Shown: positions 1 to 12,649, counted from the first letter of the whole stretch. The stretch is 63,792 nt of DNA, filler included, from Choristocarpus tenellus KU-1152 (GCA_964200185.2; 14 parts of 14 records of this genome joined end to end with filler, not necessarily neighbours in it); one strand, 5' to 3'. Program-made: numbers and translations. The notes: generated by a model not told the origin, from the letters alone.

Positions 1-159
1 GGGGGGGGGTCTGCACCAGGGTGTCCATTTGGGTCAAAATCAGGAAATTTGCATTTACATTATCCATCCGATGTATGCAACCAAATCACCCGAAAATCTT
101 GATATGAAAAGGTTGCCCCCAAATGGACAGCCGCCACCTCCCTCCAGATACTTTGAGCC
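1..159. mobile_element. MITE family C, partial (cut at window start)
   Basis: Ends in CCAGATACTTTGAGCC, the reverse complement of the terminus GGCTCAAAGTATCTGG at 20135 and 32271. The internal sequence matches those copies. Confidence 0.8.
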
Positions 160-2245
160 CATGCAGTGGAGATTGAGACGTGTGACCGCTCAATCATATG
201 CTGTATGTAGGGAGGGTAAAGGCATGACTCTGGCAAGAACACTTTCAGCGACTAATAATTGTTATGTGCGAAATACATTGGTAATGTCACCAGTGTTAAA
301 TTACCGAAGAATGCCCTCCTTGGTCATGGCGACTGAATGATGCCCTCTAGAATGCTTTAGAGTACTCCTAACATCAAATTCATTTTGAAGTACATTATGT
401 AATCAGTACCTCCACTATTTACTGAAGGTATGGTGTCCGTCTCATCACATCATGCTTCCTGCAAACACGTAGTAGTATAACTGAAAAGTCTTGCCTCCTA
501 AGGCCCCAAATCATCCATTGAACCATGCTTTAGCTTATATATACTTCTGATAAATATGACTTTAGACAGGTTGCTTTGTGTGTAACTCACACATGTGAAA
601 TAATGCTGCATTGACATACTTCTTCCAGAGCTAAGAATAACATGGGCATTATACGTTTTTCAATGTGGAAAGATTGGTGAGGGTGGAAAACATGCTAAGA
701 ATGTAGTAACACGCAATGAAGTGCGTAAAGTAGCAGCTGATCATTGGTACCTTCATGCAGTGTCTCCCACACAACTTTGGTTGGAGAAACACTTCATGAG
801 TCCTCCTCTGTGCACAACACAGCATTCTGCAAGAAGCATGCTATTACCAAACAATGGTTCCATCACCATCACACCATCCAAAAGTCAAGTATAGTTCTGG
901 TACTCAATTGTGTTATTTAAATTGCTTGTGACAATACAATGTGACCATGTCAACAACTACAGCCTATAGCCATTCCTTGGAGATGCCTTAGTGACCCCAA
1001 CGCTCAGGGGTAAACAAAGGAGGAGACTGATTCAAATGTCTACCAAAACTCATGTAACTAGATAACTCTCCCCAAAGAAATAGAACCGCGGCACTTGCTG
1101 CATCTTGAAAAAAAGGTCAGCAGTCCAAAACGTAAAACATCCCAACAGCCAACCTTTGTGGAAGGGCACTTAACTACCATCCACATGATGCTTATGCTTG
1201 CAGTGGAAGAAAGCGTTGCCTCTGTTCCACTCTCTTGAAAAACTGTTTTTTTCGTTGCTTCTTCACTGAACCTTACTCATTGAGATCAAAACACAGATTC
1301 ACTGCAATCTAGGAGGATCTCCTACCTCAACAATATTGTCATGCATAGACAAACCACACTCCATCTCAAATAAACCAGTATCGTCCATCCCCGCTTAGCA
1401 TTTGGCTTTTGTACGGCTACATCCATACTGCACAAGTGCCTCACAAGAGGTAAAAAACCAACTGCAATACAAAGAACACCTTCAACATCCTAAACAAGAG
1501 ACATGCACTCTACAACAAAGAAAGTAGGTGCATGTATGTACAGCTATCCTAAAAACACCCTGCCCTACATTGTTATAAATTTACCACAACTTCATTTAAC
1601 CTGAACCAGCATTGCAAGAAATTATCTCAAAACATACGTATTATGAAGAACAGACCCTGTTTCCTTCAATCTCTGCTACCTATCCATTCACGCAGCAGTC
1701 TATACAAGGTGACATTCAAATGCAGGTAAAAATTAGTCTCCTCTGCCCCTATACCAAAAAACCCCTGCAGCACCACAAGTGGAGGTGGGAAGGAGGACAC
1801 CCACACTGGACTAGCAGTCCCTAAGTCAACCTCCTTTTTCTACACATGGGATTGTTACCACTCTTCCAGGCACTCTAATATTGTTTAGTCCTCTGTATCC
1901 AGAGTTAGTTTCACTGCCTTTGACCTAAGTAAGACAAAATTTTAATCAGAAATATAATGGAAAAAATACAAATACGAAGAAACTAGACCCAACTTGTCTG
2001 CTCAACCAGTCAAGACTGTGGAAAGCATTCACAAGAGTGTGATGCCTGTCATGTAACTATCTGTATGGAAAATCGATTGAAGTACAATACAAACAATCGG
2101 ATCAAATCAAAGCATGCCGTCACCAACTCAATCTAACTCTTCCAGGGTCATTTCACTAATCTGAGATGGCAAGGCCAACAGACTCATCTCATACTTCACA
2201 CACCCCAAACAGTAGTAATGCATGCAAGCCCTCCACTACCTCAAA

Positions 2246-4779
2246 TCAAAGCTCAGCAGTAGAACCCCCATCCAGGAAAGCCACCAAGGCATACTCCACA
2301 GGTGCCTCAAAAACAAAATGCTTCAGAAATTCTTCAAGGAAACGTGCCTGCAGCAATATACCCAGATCGATTTTTATTTTGAAAAATAGGTTGGTGGAGG
2401 GGGGGGAGTTTCAGTAAGAGGGGGTCAAGAGTTGACAATGCCAGAAAAAGAAGAGCAAAACATGACTGGGGAGGTTGATCTTTGATGGGCATCACCACAA
2501 GGTGTGATCAGGGCTGGAGTTTGAGGAAAGTTCTCCATGATTATGACATCTCTAAGAATATCTCCTTCAGATCACTGGTATTAGAGCGAAAAGGAACATT
2601 TTGCTATGGTTATGGGCAATTCAAGAATAACTATGCTGAGGAGGTTAACCGCAAATGGAATTCCCTACATAATATTGTGATCAAAACACAAAATTCCCAA
2701 TTCATCAAGTCTTAAAAAACGTAAGCACAGTCAGAGAGTCATGGCCGCCAGTCTCACACAACCTGCCCACTTGATCACAGTTGAGACATGGGATTACTCA
2801 CAACATAAACCACAGATGCAGTGCAAAAAAAAGGTCAGAAGCTCTGCTGATATCAAAATCTACTTGTAACTTGCAATCAAAACATCCCAGTCACATCAAA
2901 TCTCCAATCTTTTGTACATCTATCTGCAGAGCCATGGTTGGGAGTCCCACACAACAGCTTCACCCCAACAAGAAAGAGTTATTCCAACTCCGAAGGGTCA
3001 GCAGGGAACACTCTTTAGCACCACAAAAACGCAAAAAGAACTTGTCATGACATACACTTGAGGTTTTGTAACCTGGGATTCAAGTGTGCAATAAGCGAGA
3101 CAAGATCCACATCAGACACATGTGATATCCTCTCCTCCACTCTGTTAGCTATTATCCCCTCCTCTTTCCCCATCTGATGATTGTCACTACTGTACTTGCC
3201 TTGTTCTTTAGATATGCCTCTCCAAGCCTCCGCCGCTGAAACAGGCGGAATACATCGCAGCCTGAGTGCCCTCCCCCACAGCATTCAATGCGCCTTGCCT
3301 GCTGCAGAGCCTCCCAGATCATGCAGGCCTAGAGAAAACATAAGCGGAGGAATTAACAAATGACACACACACAGTGATGAAATCCTCTGCCAATTTCAAG
3401 GTCTTGAGAGGTCCCAAAAAAATATTGCCTTCTTTCTTTTGTCAAGGGCATGGTTGTTGTTTGCCAAGTCAATATCTAACCTATGTATTACGAATGGCAA
3501 CGTTACGCGTAGACGGGAGGCGGCAAAGTTATGTGTCAGTGATCTCCCAGAGCAATTTCTCTAGAAGGGATGAGCACCCAAATCTGCCCCAGCTTTTACC
3601 CATCCCACTTATCTCAACACCAGTCATTCGCACAGGTAACAGATAATGATAGAATACACAACTTTGTAAGCAAACAACACACACATACGTATATAAAGAA
3701 ATAAAGCGAGTTGAAAGGCGGTGTTACAAGGCTGTTCCGACCCTCAGTTGTTCTTAGCCTCTCTCCCATTCCAATCATACCTTGGGCATCCAATTTTTTC
3801 GCGCATGGGCTGCCAGCCTTGCAAAGTCAGTTGACCTCCTCCAACCAGCGACCAGTCTGGACCCTCCCAGGCAGGCAACCACAAGGTACTCTGCGTGTGG
3901 AGGTACCCACAATGGCCCGCCCGAGACCACTCGAATTTCTGTAAGGGCCCAGGCGAAGGATTTCGTACTCTTCCGTCGACCACTACCTCCCGATTCGACC
4001 CTACCAACTGCTGCTCCGACACCTAAGTTGTTGGGGGGAGTCAACCCATTTGATCGACTGTCACGATCAGAATTCGAACCCCCCAATGTGGATTGTGGGT
4101 CGAACCTCCCAGTGTCTGTTCTCCGTATGGGGAAGTGCCGTGTTGACAGGGGGAAGTGGTGGCGACGGAGGTGCATACTGGCGTAGTATCGCTGAGCAAC
4201 TGCCAAAGTTCCAGAACTTGACACAAGTGGATACAGGTAGTGCCATTGATTTATCTCAGACATCCTGTCCCCCCATCGACGGTACCGCAGCGTCCTAGCT
4301 TCAATCCCCTCCCGTGCTGAAGCAGATCCCTCCGCAAGACCCCTTGATTGTGGTGAGACACCACGGAGCCATGTCGGACTCACTTCGGAAGTGTCCCTTG
4401 ATGTTCTACACGAAACTGATTCCATTGTTGTAACAGCGGAAATGTTGCCGGAAGGCTCGACTAAGGTGCATACATCATCGCCTTGCTGCCGAAACATACC
4501 AACATTTTCGAAAGATTGGTTGTGTGAAAACCACCCGAATTCGGCACTGCTACTTGCCGAAATGGTTGTCATTGTATTTGAGTCGCCCTTAAGTGCCAAC
4601 AATACTTCGGATTCACCCTTAAGGATCAGGGGGGTGTCGGGGAACCCCATATAGTCTTCCATGCTCTGCCATGCTGAATCTTCGACTAACTCTTCTGATG
4701 CCTGCCTGACTTCGCGAGCCTCGTATGGGTCTGACTTTTGACCATTGGTGTTGTCTAGGGAACTCAAGGAGGACACCAT
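2246..4779 (-). CDS. ~409-aa protein with a C-terminal PX (phox homology)-like domain; 3 exons (4779-3781, 3328-3200, 2347-2246)
   Basis: The 333-codon exon ends AAG|GTATGA. Exon 2 follows a ctctag acceptor and ends AAG|GCAAGT (GC donor). Exon 3 follows ctgcag and ends in TGA. All junctions are phase 0. AEYLVV..GWRRSTDFARL and YLKNKARFLEEFL resemble the PX RRYSDF and terminal helix motifs. Confidence 0.75.
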
Positions 4780-5197
4780 CTCCAGTTTGCATGGGGCTGA
4801 TGACTTTTGAAGAGAGAGTCGTCCAAATAATATAGATTGGTAACAAGGTGTGTTCTTGAGTGTTCGCTGCCACGTGTGCCCTCACTTCGTTGTGACAGAC
4901 CATTCTTTATTGGAGTTTGTTGCAGATGTCAGTTCATAACATGAAAGAATATAATCTTTACTGTACTGTTGATCAGAAACAGAACTAGGAACTTCGAATA
5001 TGTCTCGAATCCTATAATTTTGTGCCACGTACTTGTAGGGGAAAAGTTCAACTCAACTTCAAATACAATTTTAGTGTTATACAAGTAAGTAGGTTTAGTT
5101 CTTTGGACCTGTAAGAAATTCAATTTATGTATTTGCCATGGTAAGGAAAAGGTGGCGATTTCCTTACGATATTGAACCGATTTTCAGTATGTATTTT

Positions 5198-5323
5198 ATT
5201 ATTATGCCCTCTGACATTTTGCAGATGTGTCAGGGGGGAAACCAATGAAAACAATATAAAATATATTCTTATGTTGAGGACATTTTATATACACATATGT
5301 ATATAGTTTTCATTGGTTTTCCC
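5198..5323. mobile_element. Two very short RLE-LINE 3' ends in opposite orientation
   Basis: TTATTATGCCCTCTGACATTTTGCAGATGTGTCAGGGGGGAAACCAATGAAAAC is followed by the reverse complement TATAGTTTTCATTGGTTTTCCC at the contig end. Confidence 0.7.
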
Positions 5324-5423
5324 NNNNNNNNNNNNNNNNNNNNNNNNNNNNNNNNNNNNNNNNNNNNTTAATTAATTAANNNNNNNNNNNNNNNNNNNNN
5401 NNNNNNNNNNNNNNNNNNNNNNN
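5324..5423. other. Artificial contig linker (first of 13; others start at 9716, 16421, 20204, 24573, 29441, 32340, 40089, 43309, 48995, 51632, 54714, 61190)
   Basis: Identical 100-nt N44-TTAATTAATTAA-N44 blocks with stops in all six frames. Confidence 0.98.
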
Positions 5424-5537
5424 GGGGTGGCAGCTGTCCATCTGGAGTCAATTTTTTCATGTCGTGATTATTGGGTGATTTGGTTGCATACTTCAGATGG
5501 ATAATCTCCTCCCCCTCCCCCCCAGATACTTTGGGTC
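5424..5537. mobile_element. MITE family C, internally deleted copy
   Basis: GGGGTGGCAGCTGTCCAT...GGTGATTTGGTTGCATAC...CCCAGATACTTTGGGTC. Confidence 0.75.
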
Positions 5538-5599
5538 TCTGAATTTAGAAGGAGCAGGCGGTAGACCTTTATCTGTTAGTGGTTTCATTCAATTCACAC

Positions 5600-6700
5600 T
5601 ACGACTTGGTGACATATCAATGCTGCTCCAAGCATTTGTCATACCTAGTCTGGGAGTAGATTAAATTTTATCGGATAACAGCATTATGTCGGCATTTGGG
5701 GCAGTGTTAGATTGGGATAGAGAGGAAATGTCGTTTAAAGAAAGTGATAAATGCATTCCAGCAAAACACAAAATTGTACCCCTTCCCATCTGTTCCACCC
5801 CAAGAGATGTTTGCCAGACTGAAAATGCACCACCTCATTTTCAATTTCAGTGATCACATCTGAATTATTACACCAGTACATACACTAAAAAAGGTCTCCC
5901 CCTAGCACGGACACACTTGTTCCAGTTTGTTCTCAGGCACTCAGAGGAACAGCTACTGATGCATTGGTAGAACCTATAATTTATACTGGCAACAGACCTT
6001 CAGCAAGAGGACGACGTACATCCCCACTGGCAACATGTTATGGTCAGTCGAACCCTCACTGGTTAGGAAGAAAGTGGAGGATGTTTAGTCAAAATTGCCA
6101 ATCTTTCTCAAAAAGGGGTCAAGTTTCCAGCAAATCTTGTAGTTGGTCATGTCTCCCCTGTATCAAAAACATTTTCCCTTTCAGATGCCACCTTAAGTGC
6201 AGTTGTAGCCACACCCTCTACTCCCAAAAAACTGAAACAAAGCTAGGGATGAATTGGAGAAGGTTTTTTCTAAGAAGGCTTCTTCCAAATAGACAACTGA
6301 CACTTTCTGAACAAGAGTAATAACTAGATATTGTGCCTAACTTCAGATCAATCTTTTGATTATCTTAAAAAGAATCAGGTTGTTGCACCACTACTTATGT
6401 TGAGTTTCCACTACCACCAGGTACCAAACATGTTAGTAGACCACCGTATCGTGTGGCATCAAAAATACGCAACACTATTCGGCAATGTGCAACCAATATG
6501 GAAAAACAGGGCGTTATAAAACCCTCATCTAGTCCATGGGCATCCCCTGTTACCATTGTGCAAAGCCTGATGGATCTTCTTGATTCTGTGTAGATTTTAG
6601 GGGAACTATAAATAACATTTGATACGTAATTCATGGCCTTTACCATCCGTGGATGAGTGTTTATCTTGTTAAGATATCCAACCAGCCTATCGGCGACTAC
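5600..6700 (+). pseudogene. Ty3/Gypsy pol relic (protease end to RT N-terminus)
   Basis: About 6470-6660 translates to MEKQGVIKPSSSPWASPVTIV..PDGSS*FCVDFR..NSWPLPSVDECL, the Gypsy RT start motif, with stops and frameshifts. Confidence 0.85.
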
Positions 6701-6742
6701 TGATAACTGATGAATGTGAACAACAAAAACTGCATTGATCGC

Positions 6743-7003
6743 GAGTGAAAGTATCTTAGAGGGTACGAGTTTTGCCCTGTTTGTCCATTTGAGGCTTGGC
6801 TTCCCTCAGGGGTTTTTGATGACATTTTCCTACTCCAAAATCATTTCGGAGTAGGCAAAATGTGTATGTTATGAAAAGGTGCGTCCGGAACAAGGATATC
6901 GATACTTCCTAAAAAACACAATAGCCAAAATTACATCAAAATTGCAACATTGGATTTTGGTCCCCAAATGGATGCGACTCTACCCTCAAAGATACTTCGA
7001 CTT
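6743..7003. mobile_element. MITE family A (~260 bp)
   Basis: TIRs GAGTGAAAGTATCTTAGAGGGTA / TACCCTCAAAGATACTTCGACT; no TSD. Confidence 0.9.
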
Positions 7004-7068
7004 TGGTATCATCTTTTTTGAACTTCCCCGTTGTGTATGGCAAATCAATTCCACTAACGATTCTGTTG

Positions 7069-7116
7069 GACCCAAAGTATAGGGGGGGAGGGGGGTCTAC
7101 ACCAGGGTGTCAATTT
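7069..7116. mobile_element. MITE family C terminal fragment
   Basis: GACCCAAAGTAT-G tract-GTCTACACCAGGGTGTC matches positions 1-30 and the reverse complement of 43409-43451. Confidence 0.7.
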
Positions 7117-7308
7117 TGTTGATTGTAGGAGATACTGTATGCATTGCTAAGGACCCTTCCATTTCATGGATTGTGGGAGGCGCAACATGGCATCGCTAAG
7201 GGCTTGCAGGAGAAAGTACCCCATGATGTTTCCACGGGAGACTGCAGTAGGAGAAAGGTTTAGAATTGATGACTGATTTTTTGTACCTACACAGACCCAA
7301 TGTCAACA
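7117..7308. mobile_element. Possible short solo LTR
   Basis: Bounded by TGTTGA...TCAACA and starts where the MITE C fragment breaks off; no TSD seen. Confidence 0.3.
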
Positions 7309-8913
7309 TTGATATTAGGGTATATTTATTGCGTTGTTTTTGAGAGAGTTAGCAGCGGTTTGTTTCTTTCTCCAAGTTTGAAGTAGAATCTCAGGGTGTA
7401 TAGTGTCTGCGCAGCAAGGGAGAGTGTTCGTAGATAGTGCTGCTGATACACGTAGACACCACCGGTGGATAATATATTAGGCTGGAGAGCCAGTGACAGA
7501 TATATAGTATTTACTGACTCATAGTGTTGATTGATTTTTTTATCATGTTCAAGATACACTTTCTATACTTAAGACGAGTAAATAAGTGATACATAGTAAA
7601 TTAGTGTGGACGATTACAAACCCCACACTATAGAAATAATAATGGTAGTCTAGGGTATAGTCTCACCCAAGTAGTCAGTCAGCGGAATCGAGACCATAAG
7701 CCCTCTTGTAATACTAAATTTACTCATCTACATCAAGCTGTTCTTTGTCCTTCATTAAAACACCAAGAGTCGCGGGTCCAGTGTGGGATACTTCAACAGG
7801 ACAAACCTAACATCAACGACAGTCTGTCAGTATGGCATACCTTGAAGTCCATGTGTGAAGTTGTGATGGAACAATGGATATGTACTGTTCATCACCCCTC
7901 TGAGCACTGTACGATGGAAACTGGCAAGGATCCCGACCAGTGTCTCATGCACCTCTGCAAGGCCAAAAGCTGAGAAAAAGGACCTCTCGGCCTTGCTCCC
8001 ACTGTTCGAGCTCATTACCGCACCTACTTTCACCAACCTGGTCACCACCTGCGCCAATATCCCACTGTCCTTCTGTCCCCACTTGACCACCATCTGATAC
8101 CCCCACCTCACCACCACTCCACACCTCTGCCACACTCCCTGACGCCCGGTGTTCCTACCACATGACACCCCCATGCACTGATCGAGAATGCCGAGCACAG
8201 CATCAACACCCTCAGTGCCTGCCCATCACTCACCCACCTCCTCCACTCTGATCTACTACCAATCACGACCAATCACACACCCACAGTACAAGACACACCC
8301 ACAACCTAACTCACCTCAATCATACCAAACCTTGACTGCACAACTCCCCCCCCTGACTAATCCCTCGTGTCAACCACACTACCCATCACCTCTTGTCACA
8401 CCCTTTGCCTCTGCCCATCCCATCACTGCCCCCAGCATAGGGAAACTCCATCTCACTGCAGATTGGCAAGCCACCTCCACTGGACTGTTGCAGCAAAACA
8501 TATCATCACCTGCCCCATTGTCCTTCACTGTCCTGCTGGTACTTGCTTTTAGCCGTCAATTGTATTCCACCTATGCTATTGCGACTACTGGCTGGACTAC
8601 AGTGACTACTCACAACCACATCTCTGATGAATAACAATGACCGGACACGGATTTTGGAGCTTGGCGCCTTGTACTCCTTGGACTTCTTCCCGTGTTTCCC
8701 CAACCTGCCACCTCCTGACCCACAACATCCCCAGACCTGCCCTCCAAACTTCACCTGCCCACCTACCTACTCTTCCCACGCCACAACTGCCCTGGTCTTT
8801 TCATCCCTTATCACCTTGCACCACCACAATGACCAGGGCCTCCATCGTCCCCATGCCATTCATCACATTGCCATTACCCTCCATACCACTGGCCACCTCC
8901 ATCACCGCCCCTT

Positions 8914-9173
8914 GAGTCAAAAGTATCTTAGAGGGTAGAGCCGCATCCATTTGGAGGCCAAAATCCAATGTTGCAATTTTGATGTAATTTTGGCTATGGT
9001 GTTTGTTAGGACGTGTCAACTTCCATGTTCCAGACACACCTTTTCATAGAGTGCACATTTCACTTACTCCTAAACATTTTGGAGTAGGAAATTGTCATAA
9101 AAAAATCCATGGGAAGTCAAGCCCCAAATGGACTAACAGGGCAAAACTCGTACCCTCTAAGATACTTTCACTC
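8914..9173. mobile_element. MITE family A
   Basis: GAGTCAAAAGTATCTTAGAGGGTAG...GTACCCTCTAAGATACTTTCACTC; flanks CTT/CGT. Confidence 0.9.
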
Positions 9174-9296
9174 CGTTAGCACCTCCAACAAACTCCATCA
9201 CACTCAGGCAACCCCTTCATGTTGTCCACACCACCATCGCAGACCCAGCCCCAACTACCTCAGTTTCCGGGAGCCGCTACACTGTCGCGTCCACCT

Positions 9297-9551
9297 GAGT
9301 GAAAGTATCTTAGAGGGTACGATTTTTACCCTGTTGTCCATTTGGGGCTTCGCTTCCCACGGGTAGTTTATGAAATTCCTACTCGAAAATGTTTAAAGGT
9401 AGGTAAAATGTATACATTATGAAAAGGTGTGTCCGAAACATGGATATTGACGCTTCCTAACAAATACGATAGCTAAAATTACATCAAAATCGCAACATTG
9501 GATTTTGGCACCAAAAAGGATGAGGCTCTACCCTCTAAGATACTTTGTATC
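9297..9551. mobile_element. MITE family A (opposite orientation to the 8914 copy)
   Basis: GAGTGAAAGTATCTTAGAGGGTAC...CTACCCTCTAAGATACTTTGTATC; flanks CCT/CAT. Confidence 0.9.
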
Positions 9552-9667
9552 CATGTTACCACCTCATCGACAACGTATTCACAAGACCCTACCACACACA
9601 GTACCTGCCCAAGACCCTACCACTCATCTACACCACAGCACCTGCTCAAGACCCCCCCCCCCCCCCC

Positions 9668-9715
<48 letters not shown>

Positions 9716-9815
9716 NNNNNNNNNNNNNNNNNNNNNNNNNNNNNNNNNNNNNNNNNNNNTTAATTAATTAANNNNNNNNNNNNNNNNNNNNNNNNNNNNN
9801 NNNNNNNNNNNNNNN

Positions 9816-10019
9816 CTTTTCCTGGTCAGGGCCGGAATGGACACCCTAGTGTAGACCTCTCCCCCCAGATACTTTGATTCGCTTTTCATGTCGCGATTTT
9901 TTGGTGATTTGGTTGCATGAGTCGGATGGATAATATAAGTGCACTTTTCCTGGTCAGGGCCGGAATGGACACCCTAGTGTAGACCTCTCCCCCCAGATAC
10001 TTTGATTCGCTTTTCATGT
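9816..10019. repeat. Tandem 128-bp repeat derived from MITE family C
   Basis: The block CTTTTCCTGGTCAGGG...CCAGATACTTTGATTCGCTTTTCATGT occurs at 9816 and again at 9944. Confidence 0.85.
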
Positions 10020-10417
10020 GTTACCAGGCACATGGGTAATGGGTCTGTCAGATTCTTGAGATCTTTCCCTCACTCCTCTCCCACTTGTGTAAGGCGAAGA
10101 TAGGTTGGAGGCATAGGAGCAATGTACACACCACATCAAGCTTCAAGCGAGTGTTGTAGTATTGTTGGTATTCAACTAGTGTAAATAGATATTGGAGACA
10201 TATCTTTCACACATACGATAACTGGTACTGTTGCAGGGGTTGTTGTGGTATCGGTTTGGCTTTTTCCTTAACACATCTACAATATATTAGAGGGCAAAAT
10301 AATATAGCTCCTCACCCCGGGTACAGGGCTCGGCTAGGTTAGAGGCATAGGAGGTCAGTGGTGTAGCATAGCAGGTAGTAAAATAGTATATAGATGCAAC
10401 ACATCAATCAATTTACT

Positions 10418-11090
10418 ATTTTGCAAATATGTCATGAGAAACCAATGAAAACTATTTCACATGTTAGAAAAATCCCTAAATAAGTAAAACTTGTCATAAA
10501 TGTGAAAAACATTGATCTATTTACTGTTTTACTACCAGCTATCCTGTACCACTGCCTTTCGTAAATGTGAAAGGCATTAAATCTATTTACTGTTATACTA
10601 CCAGCTATGTTACACCAGTGCCCTCCTGTGCCTCCAACCTAGCTTAGTCGAGATAGAGCAAACTGTGTTGTGACTGAGACTCTTTGGTGTAGACGGGAAT
10701 TGACCGCCCCTTTTCTCCTGTAGCCTCCTGTCCCTCTCCTCCCTACCGCGTGCACGGGTAGCTCACCCAGAAAACTTTCTGCTTGCTTACCAAGATGCCC
10801 AAAACTTTCCACTGCGAAGGTGTTAAGGTTATAACTACGAGGGCCAAAAGATCCCTCGTAGTGGGTGCGCTTTTGTGCCTCAGCTGCAGCAGCAGCTACA
10901 CCATTGCTGGTGGATGAGTGGGGTAGGTGGGAGGCCGCTTGCACCTCTGCAAATGTAACACCGGGGAGGCCTTTGTCTTGGTAGGGAGCTGATCTGGCGT
11001 CTGCAAGTGCCCCCGCATGGAAGACGACATCCATGCGGAAATTCCTATCTACTGTAAATTGGCTACCAACCTCCATAGTGAGTGGAAGGG
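10418..11090 (-). mobile_element. 5'-truncated non-LTR retrotransposon with a C-terminal restriction-like endonuclease (CRE/R2-type RLE)
   Basis: ORF 10639-11076 has RMDVV..VT..AAAEAQKRTHY..FAVESFGHLG..HQRVSV, the PD-(D/E)xK RLE C-terminal pattern. Its 3' UTR is shared with the other copies. Confidence 0.8.
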
Positions 11091-11192
11091 ATGCCCATTC
11101 CTTTGAAAAGTTGACTGGTACTATACTAACTATCGCTACGCATGGACCAATGGATTATAGTATATTGAAAACGACAATCTATTAATAATATT

Positions 11193-11720
11193 TTATTATT
11201 ATGCCCTCTGACATTTAGCAAATGCATGAGGGCAAAAACCATTGAAAAACCAAATGTCAGAACAACCCGCCAAAAAGTAACAGTTGTCGTAAACGTGAAG
11301 ATATTTTCCTATCATCTATTTACTATTTTACTACCAGCTATGCTTCTCCAGTGCCCTCCTATGCCTCCAACCTAGCTTAGTCCAGGGTGAGGAGCTAGGG
11401 AAGTATCCCAAGAATCTAATAAGCCCCTCCTTGTCCATCTCCTTGGTGCCTCCAGCTCAGAGCACATGGCACGTCTAGGTAGAGCTACTTGTGACAAACA
11501 CTATCTGTCATAGATGGGATTTGACAGCCCCTTTCCTGCTACAGCCTCCTGCCTCCCCCCCTACTGCGTGCGTAGCTAACTCATCCAGAAAACTATCCGC
11601 TTGCTTACTGAGGCGCCTAAAACGTTCCACTGCGAAGGTGTCGAGGTTATAAATACGAGGGTCAAAAGAGCCCTCTTGACTTTTTGCAAATGTGTCAGGG
11701 AAAAGTCAAAAAAACAATAT
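11193..11720 (-). mobile_element. RLE LINE 3' fragment plus a second 3' end at ~11670
   Basis: The (TTA)n GCCCTCTGACATTT terminus, 3' UTR and RLE C-terminal DNA are homologous to the 10639 and 63068 copies. Confidence 0.8.
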
Positions 11721-12359
11721 CACAACTACTCCTGCAAAAGTCGTAATTGTAAAAGATGTATGTCCATATTTTGTCAGAGGTATTGCAGTTGTTGTCTTTG
11801 ACTTCTCTCTCCCCCTACACACCTGCAGACTGTTTATTAGTGGGCTTGAAATGATAATAATATACTATATACAGTACCTACGCGACATGTTTTACCTTAT
11901 CAGCAGCAGTGTGTCCACGTGCTTGAGCTTCCGGAGATCCTGAAGTCATTCAGGCGGCACAGCATTGGTTCTTGTGTACTTGTTGACGTAGTGCGCAATG
12001 GACGTGGGGATGATCGCCAAGCCGTACCTGTGAAGCGGCTGCCTTACCAGTGGTTGAATATGGCGAGGAAGTGGGGTATCCTGAAGAAGGACAATTCAGG
12101 TGTCATGGTTGCCTGAGCTGACATGATGCCCAGAGGTCAACGATAATGTTCCCACATGATGACCACGATTATCTGTAGGGGGAGATGGGGGTAACCTCAT
12201 CTACGATTTGCATTTTTTGAATTTTCGTAGATGGGATTTAACTGCGAAAACCTGAGTCCAAGTCGTGATTCGTGGATAACTCTTATGTCTTGGAATGACT
12301 CGCTCTTGGACCTTCAGCTCATCTTCTCTAGCTTCCATGAAAGGTTCGGCAAGATGTTC

Positions 12360-12460
12360 TGTTACAACGCACTCTGCAAGCGACCTCGAAGTTACGAAAC
12401 ACTCTGTAGGCTTACCATGATGGGATGTGTAGCTCCAATCCTTGAGGCTGTATGTGGACC
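12360..12460. mobile_element. Diverged fragment of the LTR-like family at 12650
   Basis: TGTTACAACGCACTC...GGATGTGTAGCTCCAATCC. Confidence 0.55.
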
Positions 12461-12649
12461 ATCAAGCTCGTAGAAGGCTCCATATTGTAAATGTCGTCAA
12501 TTTTGCTGGATCTTTCACTTCAATTATTCACTTTATGGGTATTATCAGGGCAAAAAAAGACTAATGACTAAATAATACATAAAGTACAGATACATGAAAT
12601 CTAGGATAAGGTCACAGTGGCGTTTATGAAATCATTATTAAGACACATC

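Noticed and set aside
5324-5423. Recurring TTAATTAATTAA as a biological repeat or CRISPR-like unit
   Set aside because: It is always embedded in a fixed 100-nt N block, so it is an artificial six-frame-stop linker.
8188-8938. Pro/Thr/His-rich overlapping ORFs
   Set aside because: They result from C/A-rich low complexity, with no domain or splice support.
9498-9771. Poly-proline ORFs
   Set aside because: Translation of a poly-C run at a contig end running into Ns.
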